In this document: piece by piece, positions 30,001 to 37,746 of the stretch
How positions within the stretch are numbered: position 1 is the stretch's first letter
How the letters are laid out: every line of letters begins with the position of its first letter
NCBI GenBank assembly: GCA_963668645.2
Contig: CAXXWC010000021.1
Location: 128,001-192,000 of the forward strand
DNA from: Desulfobacterales bacterium
GTDB taxonomy: Bacteria > Desulfobacterota > Desulfobacteria > Desulfobacterales > UBA2174
Direction: 5' to 3'
Length of the DNA stretch: 64,000 nt
The notes under the pieces: generated by a model
What the model was told of the DNA's origin: nothing
The model's input: only the letters and a program-made list of their open reading frames with translations
Database searches by the model: none
Translations under genes and position numbers: made by a program

Positions 30001-30467
30001 CTGACGGGTTACACACCGATAAAGTGATCGTTTCCTGGCAGCCGGTTCTGGGGGCCAGCCAATACCGGGTCTATCGGAGCCTCGAGAACAATCCGGCAAT
30101 GGCCCAGCCCGTGAGCGGCTGGCAAAGCGCCATGATCTTTGAGGATGAGGCCGTGACGGCCGGCCAGACTTATCATTACTGGGTCGCTGGCGCTGTGGAT
30201 GCAGAAGGAGAAAAAGAAAGCGCATGGAGCGCTTCCGAATCGGGTTATCCATCACTGATTCCGGGGGATATCGATGGAAACGGAACCGTCAATCTTTCGG
30301 ATGCCATTGTGACCCTTCAACTCCTTTCTGGAATGACGACATCATTTCCTGTTCATGCATCCGGGGATGTGAACGGGAATAAAAAGATCGGTATCGAAGA
30401 AATAGGCTATATTCTAAAGGTCACGGCAAATGTTGTACCGTTAGGTGAACTTCTATCGCCCCGATAG
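24036..30467 (+). CDS. Large secreted metzincin-like protease with many FN3-like repeats and C-terminal dockerin
   Basis: Signal peptide; HELGHTLGLLS and PTVM Met-turn; repeated SW..V.GA..YRVYRS...YYYWV; GDIDGNGTVNLSDAI / GDVNGNKKIGIEE. Confidence 0.85.
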   Translation: MRSGLRCLKMALVVLFIVFYSIGYQIPAFAFIPEIAFDDMVQLADIVFVGKAEQLSPRIAKNRKMVETDVIFTQIQVIHQKDTVTENIGSQITLTYEGGRFNDAYTLVSDMPSIETGQRYLVFAYYDGQSHANPFVGGMQGLMKIAADEITGKQYPLKRGDSGISEIREGRLRLSPGIKKIRRGVLEKAGSRMDVKRAADPKTPELWPAKPRSHKDRMPQKIMDLDEFTGHIEKSLNKRPSKQVLEKWGKRAASALHRPSDPAAAVEENGWEFSDGGKIIVLNPDKVHCPPVESKIDGEAAVYDQKTAVTSPSGGTSWDDIWIYGWHDLPVIMDLVPTDYWTYVYDTQAMGQYNLYIDELFRVRPWDGGFANYNTYSEFCGFLTDAQKKDAYGSGWGDAIAVCRIIGAACESCQIFEADVMFAAEENWTGDYQCQLSRGVSDSPCYQTYLYLPVAVHELGHTLGLLSGGKDESYDYDIPTVMNGGLENAVEDGRGLHVGDAYLLRYWYADQRSSASMNYDDIGIESWVSQGGTVNAVTDKRAYDIGEQIWIDNVTVENIGRHDAPNVRIRAFLSKQGELKSLISERNELDLDLIPADRMLIGPPPSNEYYEWSNLSSNTFWAGELAFVIPDHIPMGDYYINLVVTANNDQSVIGAEPGDTSYHEITIQNNHTFVKLPIEVTCPEPSAPANFSIQETDVDGVVLTWDAVADARYYKVMRVPVDDPQNTTILTSTLTANSYKDTSGVPGTYYYYGVSAQSSCRAWSDWAFSSWAASRLLTPPCIKSATDGTSADEIQVIAQRVDQGDYYCFYYSTVNDPATAVQVPGECWTSDTSALHMNATPGQTYYYWAKAATSDTGNRASGLGGACPDHSGWRKLSPPAEVTASQSDTEGIRISWSAVSGAAAYQVYRHTENNPAAATAITDWWADLLTFFDSPLDEGRQYYYWVRSSVGANGDRPSDFSASAVGWKSYEPAHKVDMTGLGASKGSSGDKIVISWWPASNDSYYYRVYRTTNFSPEGDPAASLATPVSGWQQSISVFEDTTGIPGVDYGYFVSRAYDANGNRESDWQRCSACFDSGWRALSSPTGIGASPGTFADRIRVTWAAAEGATHYRVYRGTSEAYSLKNPPVPISGFITGTQFDDMDPALESKTTYYYWVTGAINAAGDRESGSIGTLGKRGYKASSPPDGVSATDGAHTNKIVIVWNPVPGLDEYRVYRNTVNDPDTAARLSGWQTSLTFDDETADTGQVYYYWVKARLNAKDTEPSPSSEVDTGYRGFVPPAGVAASDGTHTDKVAVSWQASPGAEYYRVYRSTSNDPTGAVAASAWQTALSYEDTGANVGIEYHYFVAAAVNSRGGLASELGTGDAGHRVLAPPKSLLVSQGTYKSLIGISWDKGNDESIRYRVFRSMVNDPATAQAASGWQSALTFEDTAVDPGQTYYYWVKGSADVDGAIESAWSNNGIGQSGYACATPDPPVNFREQGTDAEGIGLSWDPTPGARRYQLLRHTANDVANAQILAGGLGGTDVSSAPAEGLSGADAGDPTPVLPGDLTVAFYKDSSAVPGMAYYYWVSVQNECMVWSDPAPLAGPAIRPLGSACIESVTDGTSTQEIRITAQGVDSATHYCFYYDTEDSPDNAVPLPGACWVPDTTVSHTGTEPGRTHYYWVRAATGPAGENAGDLGGGCPDNSGWRALEPLVGISATDGSYTDKVQVSWAFISGATHYRVYRSLENNPATALPVSEWQSSTDFDDTSAAAGEFYYYWVTGAVDAAGTRESAWSGGGVGEQGYACPTPESATNFRQQGTDADGIGLSWDEMSGARGYRLLRQTTDDSAQAEVIVENMIGTFYKDTAAVPGVGYYYWILVQNDCAAWSDPAPLASAAIRPLASACIESVTDGTSTQEIRITAQGVDSATHYCFYYNTEDAPDTAVPLPGACWVPDTTVSYTGTEPGRTHYYWVKAATGPAGENAGDLGGGCPDNSGWRALEPPQGISASDGLHTDKVIVSWQPVLGASQYRVYRSLENNPAMAQPVSGWQSAMIFEDEAVTAGQTYHYWVAGAVDAEGEKESAWSASESGYPSLIPGDIDGNGTVNLSDAIVTLQLLSGMTTSFPVHASGDVNGNKKIGIEEIGYILKVTANVVPLGELLSPR
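28763..29981 (+). repeat. Near-identical intragenic duplication (28763-29111 and 29633-29981)
   Basis: Same DNA at an 870-bp offset encoding ACIESVTDGTSTQEIRITAQG...GGCPDNSGWRALEP. Confidence 0.9.
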
Positions 30468-30501
30468 TGAAATAAGGGCGAAATGCCGGGACAAATAATT
30501 C

Positions 30502-31248
30502 CTATTCAAATACATACTTACCACTCAGGACTTTTACATTCGGTGGAAGTTTATTGTTATTTTCGAAAAAATCATAACCTTCCTTTAGATTGGACCAGAA
30601 TTCGTACCATTTGTTCTCTTTGTGTTTTTCCATGCTTTTTGCGTTCATCTTGAATGGGAAAATATGAACCCTGAAAAATGGTTGCCCGTTCCGTAAGGCA
30701 GCGTCAACCAAGGTGTAAATTTCTTCTATACCACTATCGGTCATGGCATAGCATCCTATTGAAACGCAACTTCCATGGACCATCAAGGCACTGCCGGTTC
30801 TACCGTGGTATCTGTCATAGCTGTTCGGGTATCCCAGATTGAATGACAGATGAAAGTTGCTAACCGGGTTTAGAGAGGCAGGTCTTACGAAATAAAAACC
30901 TTCGGGTGCTTTTCCGTCTCCTCTTTTGACTTTGGGACCAAGGCCTCCAAACCCATACGTACAAACCGGATATGTTTTGAACAATTTATATCTGCTTCCA
31001 CTTTTCAGCCATACTTCTATAATTTTTTCTTCTTTAAAAATTCTCACAAATATCGAGGCGCCAAAACTTAAATCTTTGTCTGAAAGCTCTTTTACAATTC
31101 TTGGTTTAATTCGATGAATTACCTCGCGTGATCGTGTACTTGAAGGAATTTCATCTTTTGCGATGCATGAGGCTGGCGAAAACAAAATCGCAATAAGGAC
31201 GATCCATAGAATCGATTTATTGGTGTGTATCCTATTTCTTATATTCAT
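30502..31248 (-). CDS. Murein L,D-transpeptidase family protein (YafK/DpaA-like)
   Basis: GPK..GD.KAPEGFY, FHLSFNLGYPN.YDR, HGSCVSIGCYAMTD, FW.NLKEGYD.FE. Confidence 0.88.
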   Translation of the reverse strand: MNIRNRIHTNKSILWIVLIAILFSPASCIAKDEIPSSTRSREVIHRIKPRIVKELSDKDLSFGASIFVRIFKEEKIIEVWLKSGSRYKLFKTYPVCTYGFGGLGPKVKRGDGKAPEGFYFVRPASLNPVSNFHLSFNLGYPNSYDRYHGRTGSALMVHGSCVSIGCYAMTDSGIEEIYTLVDAALRNGQPFFRVHIFPFKMNAKSMEKHKENKWYEFWSNLKEGYDFFENNNKLPPNVKVLSGKYVFE

Positions 31249-31350
31249 ATCTTCGTCCAACGCATTTATAACCTGACGGTATGCAGCATCTTTGATGATG
31301 ATGAGATTCGTTAATCTTCAATAGTGCAAAATGCCATAATTGAATGATTT

Positions 31351-31366
31351 GGATAATATAGCATCA
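31351..31366. repeat. 16-bp junction motif, copy 1
   Basis: GGATAATATAGCATCA; related copies at 32100-32115, 33408-33423 and 34243-34258. Confidence 0.7.
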
Positions 31367-31460
31367 ACGAATAGTTAAGTAACGTACCAGGGTTCTTTCT
31401 CTATGGCCGCCGGAGAATTTTGTGCCCGTAAAAAAAATGTATCTGGCCAAACCCGTCCCT

Positions 31461-31811
31461 CTATTCAGAGGTGTTACGTAAGTCCGATTCAAGAAGAAAT
31501 GGCAACTGCTTTTCACTTTGATCAAAATCAATATCTTTTAATATTTTAGGATATCCCGGTAAAAAAGTTTTAAAACACTTATTTGTGAAAGCCCTAATAT
31601 TTTGAACAACTTCACGCCGATTTAAAGAGTATAAATCAGCGACTTGCTGAAAGGGATCTTGTGCAACTCCACATCCTTGAATTTCAGCAATTGCATTGGC
31701 AATATGTACATCAGCTTTATTCAATTCACGAAACCCAATTGCTATCAAGATGGTGTCAATTAGCTCTTCTCGGTATTTGTTTAAATCTGCTATGAGAGGA
31801 TTTATGTCCAT
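31461..31811 (-). CDS. Hypothetical protein (116 aa)
   Basis: AT-rich ORF from MDINPL; the longer ORF-track start lies inside a MITE. Confidence 0.55.
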   Translation of the reverse strand: MDINPLIADLNKYREELIDTILIAIGFRELNKADVHIANAIAEIQGCGVAQDPFQQVADLYSLNRREVVQNIRAFTNKCFKTFLPGYPKILKDIDFDQSEKQLPFLLESDLRNTSE

Positions 31812-31884
31812 TTCGAATTCTCTCTTGTTATTACTTATTATCAAATTCCATCTTTGTGACCATATTCGTTGATAATCCAACCCT

Positions 31885-31994
31885 GATACGTTCGTAAAAA
31901 GTCCGAAAAACGCCATTTTCTCAATTTTAGACCTAATGATTTCAATGTGTTACAGCGATTAAAATTTCAAAATTCGACTTTTTACGAACGAGTC
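31885..31994. mobile_element. MITE, 110 bp (copy C; related TIRs, different interior)
   Basis: GATACGTTCGTAAAAAGTC...GACTTTTTACGAACGAGTC; flanks AACCCT / AACTCT. Confidence 0.7.
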
Positions 31995-32110
31995 AACTCT
32001 TACTGTATTGGTAGCGCCGTGTCAACCCATTCGTCAAGCCGCTGTAAACGCTTACTGTCGCTATCCTTCAGAAATCGGAATCGAGATATAATCAGCTTCG
32101 GATAATAAAG

Positions 32111-32170
32111 CATCAACGGGCTCTTCAGCGGGCGCGACTTCTTGCGATCCGGTGCAAAAGCATTGTTAAA
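32111..32170 (-). other. attC-like integron recombination site
   Basis: Minus strand TTTTAAC-AATGCTTTTGCACCGG...CCGCTGAAGAGCCC-GTTGATG imperfect hairpin, 20 nt after the stop of the 355-aa gene. Confidence 0.6.
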
Positions 32171-32190
32171 ACATCAGAATCAGAAGTGTG

Positions 32191-33258
32191 TCAGCTATAC
32201 ATACGTCTATGACCCATAGTACTTAGGTACAACTTTAGATCATCAGGAATCTGATGCTCCGCCTTCGTATTACACCACAACAGGTTAGGTGGATGTGATG
32301 AATTGAACCAAATACCTCTGAATAGGATTCCGCTTAGATATTTCGCATGATCCAAAAATCCAGAGATCCCATTGAAGCCTTTTCTATGGAAAAAATCGTC
32401 ATCCTTTTTCTTCATCAAAGAGTTAATGGATCGAATAGCACGTAACAGATCTTCTCTTTCATGGGTACTGCTTGTTGTGGAACATACAAGAACGTTCATC
32501 ATTCCTGGGACCATCTGGGTTAGCTTTTCAAAGATGGCATCAGAAAACTTATACCGTTCCTTTTGGGTATAGAAGATCGGTTCAACTGCCATGTGATACG
32601 CTGTCAAACCTGTCTCCTTTCTCTGCTTTAACTTTGTTAAGTGCAGGATGAATTCTCCATCAATTCCTGGGATTGAGTGTTCGGAGGAAGACCCACTGCG
32701 CAATACTGTGTCTTGCTCCCGTATCTTGCTTTCTATAAATTGGAGGATTTCCTGTTTCGTGGTTTCAATTTGTGTCAAAAAATCAATTGTCCCATCGACG
32801 TGCGTCATATCGAGACTGAAGCCAAGATTCGATGGAACCATGCTAATCCTGGCTACTACGTCCTTCATCCACTGATCAAACCGCTGCCCCAGATGAGCTT
32901 GGCGGATACGCTTAACTTCTATATTGAACTCGATACGGTCATCAAACTTGACTGTAAAATCGGGTATACGGCATATTGCATTTAATTGCTTCTCATACTC
33001 GACGTAAAATCTTTTATCCATCAAGAGAAAATAGGAAACTTCCAACTCAAATTTTACGTCTTCCAAATCTTCGAAGGATTTTGCCGTAATGCACTTTTTC
33101 CTTATTTTATCTTCATAACGATGAACAAATTCAGCAAACCTTTCTGAGCTATCGAGCCAATACCTCAATGCAGTTGAAATAGGATGATCTCGGCCCTCTG
33201 TCAAATACACGATTTGGTCAGATTGCATTGAGTTACAATGGCTATATGGTTTCTCCAT
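32191..33258 (-). CDS. Hypothetical protein with PD-(D/E)XK nuclease-like motif
   Basis: FELEV...IPDFTV...NIEVKRI; ATG sits directly in GGGCGTTATG. Confidence 0.65.
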   Translation of the reverse strand: MEKPYSHCNSMQSDQIVYLTEGRDHPISTALRYWLDSSERFAEFVHRYEDKIRKKCITAKSFEDLEDVKFELEVSYFLLMDKRFYVEYEKQLNAICRIPDFTVKFDDRIEFNIEVKRIRQAHLGQRFDQWMKDVVARISMVPSNLGFSLDMTHVDGTIDFLTQIETTKQEILQFIESKIREQDTVLRSGSSSEHSIPGIDGEFILHLTKLKQRKETGLTAYHMAVEPIFYTQKERYKFSDAIFEKLTQMVPGMMNVLVCSTTSSTHEREDLLRAIRSINSLMKKKDDDFFHRKGFNGISGFLDHAKYLSGILFRGIWFNSSHPPNLLWCNTKAEHQIPDDLKLYLSTMGHRRMYS

Positions 33259-33437
33259 AACGCCCTTTACACGCCATATCGTGGAATAAAACCTTGGCGT
33301 TTATTCTGGTAAAATCTCGATTATACTGAAGTCCTCCGACTGTTTTCGGTATTGAATTTTTCATATACTAATTTTTCATTTATCAAGGTACCCGAAACAG
33401 ATCGTTAGGATAATAAAGCATCATGACTGTGGATTCT

Positions 33438-34142
33438 TTACAATTCAAATAAAGTCTTTCTTAGCGAGGCCTCTATCCAATACCGCTCCTCTGAATTTTT
33501 ATGCCATATCATCACCCTAATGCTCGGACGTTTTGGATCTACTGGACCATTAATGTATGTTTTACTATTTTTATTTAACGGGAAAATGTCTTTTACAACA
33601 TTGCTGATAAATTGTTTGTGTTCTGTTGTTTCAGGGACGATCCTTGACAAAACTAAAATAGAATATCCATTTGAGAGAGGCAACCGACACAACTCCAAAA
33701 ATTGTTCCTGTGTGCTTTCTGTTGTTTGATCGTCTTGAATATTCGCCTTAAAAATTCCCACGGAAACAGCTTTGCCTTTTGGGCATGTAATCCACGATAC
33801 ATTTCCTGCTTTCCCAAAACGGAAATTATCTAATTGCGAATGTGGTATCACCAGTTCAAAATACTTGATTGAAGATCCAGGGGTTAGATCAATATTTACT
33901 CTCCACTGATCATATAACCTGCTCTTCTCTTTCCATTCTGGATTCTCAACGAGAGTATCTCTAATTTCGGAAGACAGACCAACTTGGCATTGTCCACTTT
34001 CATGAAGGCTGGCTTTGTAAGACTGAGCTGTCGCGCGGCTTCCGATATAGCAATCATTATTTCTGGTCCATATTCTCCATTGTTGAGAATGTTGGCCAAT
34101 ATCATTTCTTACTGCAAACCTGAAAGCGTTATCTTTAGCCAT
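33438..34142 (-). CDS. Hypothetical protein (about 235 aa)
   Basis: AT-rich ORF, GGAG RBS before MAKDNAF; no recognised motif. Confidence 0.7.
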   Translation of the reverse strand: MAKDNAFRFAVRNDIGQHSQQWRIWTRNNDCYIGSRATAQSYKASLHESGQCQVGLSSEIRDTLVENPEWKEKSRLYDQWRVNIDLTPGSSIKYFELVIPHSQLDNFRFGKAGNVSWITCPKGKAVSVGIFKANIQDDQTTESTQEQFLELCRLPLSNGYSILVLSRIVPETTEHKQFISNVVKDIFPLNKNSKTYINGPVDPKRPSIRVMIWHKNSEERYWIEASLRKTLFEL

Positions 34143-34255
34143 TTTTTTCTCCAAAAAACGATACGCTGTAATGAAGACAGTTCCGTATAAATATTTGATA
34201 CGCTATTCGTCAAATCAAAAGCCATCCAGAGACGAGCACTTAGGCTAATAAAGTG

Positions 34256-34329
34256 TCATAACGTTGCAAATAACCAGTGCAAATTTCGCGCAGCGGAATT
34301 TGCATCCGAGTTAATTTGCCATGTTTGGC
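34256..34329 (-). other. attC-like integron recombination site downstream of zorD
   Basis: Minus strand GCCAAAC-ATGGCAAAT(T)AAC(T)CGGATGCAAATT...AATTTGCACTGGTTATTTGCAAC-GTTATGA; stem with extrahelical bases. Confidence 0.7.
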
Positions 34330-34424
34330 TTTTTATTACACCTTTATAAAAAATTGCCTATTAGCTGGTTTAATCGTCCCAAAAGTTTTTAATCAATAAC
34401 TATTAAATTAAAAATCCGTTTCTT

Positions 34425-37400
34425 TCATATAACTCTTTCTCTACTGTAGTCGGCTTTGAGAACAGTAGAATATTCAATTTTATTTTTGCCCAGCATTTCG
34501 CTTATCCATTTACGGTCATACAATTCAACTCCACAAATTTCTGCGGCATTCTTAGTACGTCGACTAAATTTTTTTGATGTAGTGTGTAAACAGCGACGTT
34601 TGAATGTGACTCCGAGAGCCTTTTCATAAAAAGGTCGAGCACCTTCAACCTCTCGAACAGCTACTTCACTGTTAAAAGTAGCTTGTCCGGTGTTTTTGCA
34701 TTGAATTAATAAATTGTCGCTATCCTTTCCCCAGCCGAGAACGACAATATCACACCCGTGATCATGTCCACCTGGAGTTAAGATCACTCGTTTGGCCTTG
34801 TTTTTGTATATTACAGCAATTAAAGCTTCAAAGAGTTGCCATGAAAAATTTAATGAGCTCTGCAAATCAATAAACTTTTTAGCTTTTTTATCCGTTTTAT
34901 AATCTCTAAAAAGTTCATAAATGATTTCAGGTCCAGAAACTGTATCGGGTGGCACTAAGCCTAAGGCCCCTTGCAATTCTCGTTTTTTTTCGAGGAGCCG
35001 ATAAAGTACAAGATCAAAAGATGCCATACTTGGGTGGGCGAGAACTGGTAAATACACTCTGACAGAGCGGGTTTGCCCAATCCGGCACACTCGATCTGTT
35101 GCTTGATCTTCCTTTGCAGGATTCCAGTGACGTTCAAGATGAATTACATGGTTGGCTGCCACTATATTTAGTCCGGCTCCTGCAGCAATTGGTGAAAGAA
35201 TACAAATACCAAAACCTGGTTGCTGACTGAACTCATTGATAAGGCCAAGTCTGGTTGCCTCTGGATTGGTTATTGATGATGATTTAGTATCGCCATTTAT
35301 GACGGGAACTGTAAGCCCATATATACGACCTAAGTTACATGATAAGGCTTCTTGTAGTTTTTTTTGAACACAGAAAATAAGTACTTTTTCGTTTTCTAAC
35401 TGGATTTCATCAAGGCAATCCAATAGCCAAGATAGTTTTCCAGAGCGTTGAAGTTCATATTTCGCAGACACCACACTATTTGTGTTCCGCATTTCACCAC
35501 CACCAAGAAGATCTGGATGCAGAGAGACTTGACGTAACTGCCATAAAGCGGCAAGCTGCTGATTGTTTCGCTGCTTTCCCTCAGGATGGCTATTGGCTTC
35601 TGCATTTTGTATAGCATCCACGACAGCATCGTAAGCACTTAATTGTTCAGAAGACATATCAATGAGAATAGGTTCATTTTCCCCCTTTTTATTAGGAAGT
35701 CCTTCCAATTCATCCTCTTTCGTTCTACGCAGCATTAAGCCTCCTACATGATTGCGAAGCTCCTTTCCTATTTCATTTGCTTTATCGCGTTCTCGTTTCA
35801 TTCGCAAAATCCAGTTCTTTCGAAATTCAGAAAATGAACCCAATGGACCAGGCTCTGCTGTATCGAGGATACACCAAAAATCCCCCAAGTGATTTTCAAC
35901 TGGTGTCCCAGTAAGCATGATTCGATAGAGCCCCTTCAAGGATTTTGCGGCAATTGTTTGTAGGGCATTCGGATTTTTGATATTCTGTGCTTCGTCAAAG
36001 ATAACGGTACTCCAATCAGATTTAGCAAAAGAAAATCGGTATTTTCGTAAAGTTTGATATGTCGTCAATACACAGCTGCCGGGATAGTCAATGCTACGTT
36101 CAGTACCATCTCCGAAACCAAGTCCATATTGGACGACCTCGCCTGGTTTTGCGATATCCTGGCTATTAGGACTGCGACGAACCTTGTTTAACTCATTATC
36201 GCTCTGAGCGATCAGTATACGGGTAAAAACATATTTCGAATTAATATAGCTCTTAACTATCTCATCTTTCCAATTTTCCAATAACGATAGTGGTGCTACA
36301 ACCAGTATCGCGGGTGGTTGAGATTCAGTAATCTTCCGCCAAAGCTCAAGCCATTCAGAAAGGAAAATTAAGGTACTATATGTTTTACCTAAACCCATAT
36401 CATCTGCCAATAGTGCCCCGGCACCATATCCTCCGGTATTATTTTCCGATTTTTCTCTGGTCTGTGCACGTTGTGCATTACCAAGGAGCCATCGAACCGC
36501 TTTCTCTTGGTGGAGTAAAGGTGATCTTGGGTATTTTGAGAAATCAAGCTTATAAGGTTCTTCATTTTTTAACGAAATATCATGAAATCGCCAACCAAAT
36601 CCCAACTCCTCATCATTTGGAATTATTAGTGGTACAATTGATTTTTTGGAATTAACTTTAATACCATCTTCTAAGTTTCCGGGCTGTTCATCATCACGTG
36701 GAGTTGGTTCTTTTTCAGATTTAGGCTTTTCAGTTTCTGATTTCTCAGAAACAGGTTTTTGCCCGAACCAATCTTGTCCCTCATCCCAATTAACCCCTAA
36801 ATACCCACCTTTCCATTCTCCGATTCCTGTAACACGAGGACTAAATTCAGTCTCTAAATCTGGGAACACATTGTCTGCTAACCACCCCGATGGATTTTTT
36901 TTGAAAGCCTCTTTTTGATCGGATGGAATTCTATCATGTTTTGCAACAGCTCTCGCTTGCTTGGTTTGCGTGGAATCAAGCAATAAAATAGTTTTTCCGA
37001 CTCTAAGTACAGTTCGTTCCGCCCCTACATTCAATTGGCTTAGACGTTCCTCAATCAAGTCTGCATCAAGTTCAGGGAAATTTCCCGTCAACACTGGGCG
37101 TAAAACTAAATCCCCTGAGGTTTCATCCTCTCTTACATTCAAACTTAGTTCTTCAGCTTCTGAAATTATAAAGTCATCATATATTTCCATATCAATATGA
37201 CAGCCTTCATTCCACGCATCTCGTAAACTTGAAAGAAGGCTTAGATTTGAAAATTCATCATGCTGTTCGGTTTTCCATTTCTTGAAAGCCGCTATCGCGG
37301 TATATTGTGCAGACGTTGGCAAGTAATCATTACCTTCAACCTCTAAAATTGGACCACGCATAGTCCAATTCCAAGCAAGGTCAGCGGCTGGATTTACCAT

Positions 37401-37736
37401 ACCAAGAGAAGCTCGAAATCCTTGAAGCTGTGGAACACTATCAGTTTTTAGACGCATACCGCCTGGCCATGAAGGTGGCAAGTTAAAGCATTCTCTTGTA
37501 TCTGTATCGAGCCTTACTGCATCAGGAGTTGATATGAATATTCCATTTTCGACAACCTGAGTAGAAGCCTGACCGCTCTCAGTTAGCATCTGCATTCGAA
37601 CAAAGGCGATTTGATCAGCCTCATTTGCTTGCCCTGTTTTAGCCGTTTCATATCTTCTTCTATCGGAAAAGCGTATTGCAAGACCATCTGTATTTGAAGA
37701 CCAAATAAATTGAGACCGGGAGGTTTTAAATATCAT
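34425..37736 (-). CDS. zorD: Zorya ZorD: SNF2 helicase + Mrr-like nuclease
   Basis: LLADDMGLGKT, DEAQNIKN, LTGTPVEN, WNPAKEDQATDR; C-terminal FE...DHGCD...LIQCK. Confidence 0.88.
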   Translation of the reverse strand: MIFKTSRSQFIWSSNTDGLAIRFSDRRRYETAKTGQANEADQIAFVRMQMLTESGQASTQVVENGIFISTPDAVRLDTDTRECFNLPPSWPGGMRLKTDSVPQLQGFRASLGMVNPAADLAWNWTMRGPILEVEGNDYLPTSAQYTAIAAFKKWKTEQHDEFSNLSLLSSLRDAWNEGCHIDMEIYDDFIISEAEELSLNVREDETSGDLVLRPVLTGNFPELDADLIEERLSQLNVGAERTVLRVGKTILLLDSTQTKQARAVAKHDRIPSDQKEAFKKNPSGWLADNVFPDLETEFSPRVTGIGEWKGGYLGVNWDEGQDWFGQKPVSEKSETEKPKSEKEPTPRDDEQPGNLEDGIKVNSKKSIVPLIIPNDEELGFGWRFHDISLKNEEPYKLDFSKYPRSPLLHQEKAVRWLLGNAQRAQTREKSENNTGGYGAGALLADDMGLGKTYSTLIFLSEWLELWRKITESQPPAILVVAPLSLLENWKDEIVKSYINSKYVFTRILIAQSDNELNKVRRSPNSQDIAKPGEVVQYGLGFGDGTERSIDYPGSCVLTTYQTLRKYRFSFAKSDWSTVIFDEAQNIKNPNALQTIAAKSLKGLYRIMLTGTPVENHLGDFWCILDTAEPGPLGSFSEFRKNWILRMKRERDKANEIGKELRNHVGGLMLRRTKEDELEGLPNKKGENEPILIDMSSEQLSAYDAVVDAIQNAEANSHPEGKQRNNQQLAALWQLRQVSLHPDLLGGGEMRNTNSVVSAKYELQRSGKLSWLLDCLDEIQLENEKVLIFCVQKKLQEALSCNLGRIYGLTVPVINGDTKSSSITNPEATRLGLINEFSQQPGFGICILSPIAAGAGLNIVAANHVIHLERHWNPAKEDQATDRVCRIGQTRSVRVYLPVLAHPSMASFDLVLYRLLEKKRELQGALGLVPPDTVSGPEIIYELFRDYKTDKKAKKFIDLQSSLNFSWQLFEALIAVIYKNKAKRVILTPGGHDHGCDIVVLGWGKDSDNLLIQCKNTGQATFNSEVAVREVEGARPFYEKALGVTFKRRCLHTTSKKFSRRTKNAAEICGVELYDRKWISEMLGKNKIEYSTVLKADYSRERVI

Positions 37737-37746
37737 TGATTAATTC

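Noticed and set aside
31812..31916. N-terminal extension of the 151-aa ORF
   Set aside because: The start codon lies inside MITE copy C
31351..34258. CRISPR array or dif site
   Set aside because: Repeats are 16 bp, separated by whole genes, with no cas genes and no XerC/XerD 11-6-11 arms
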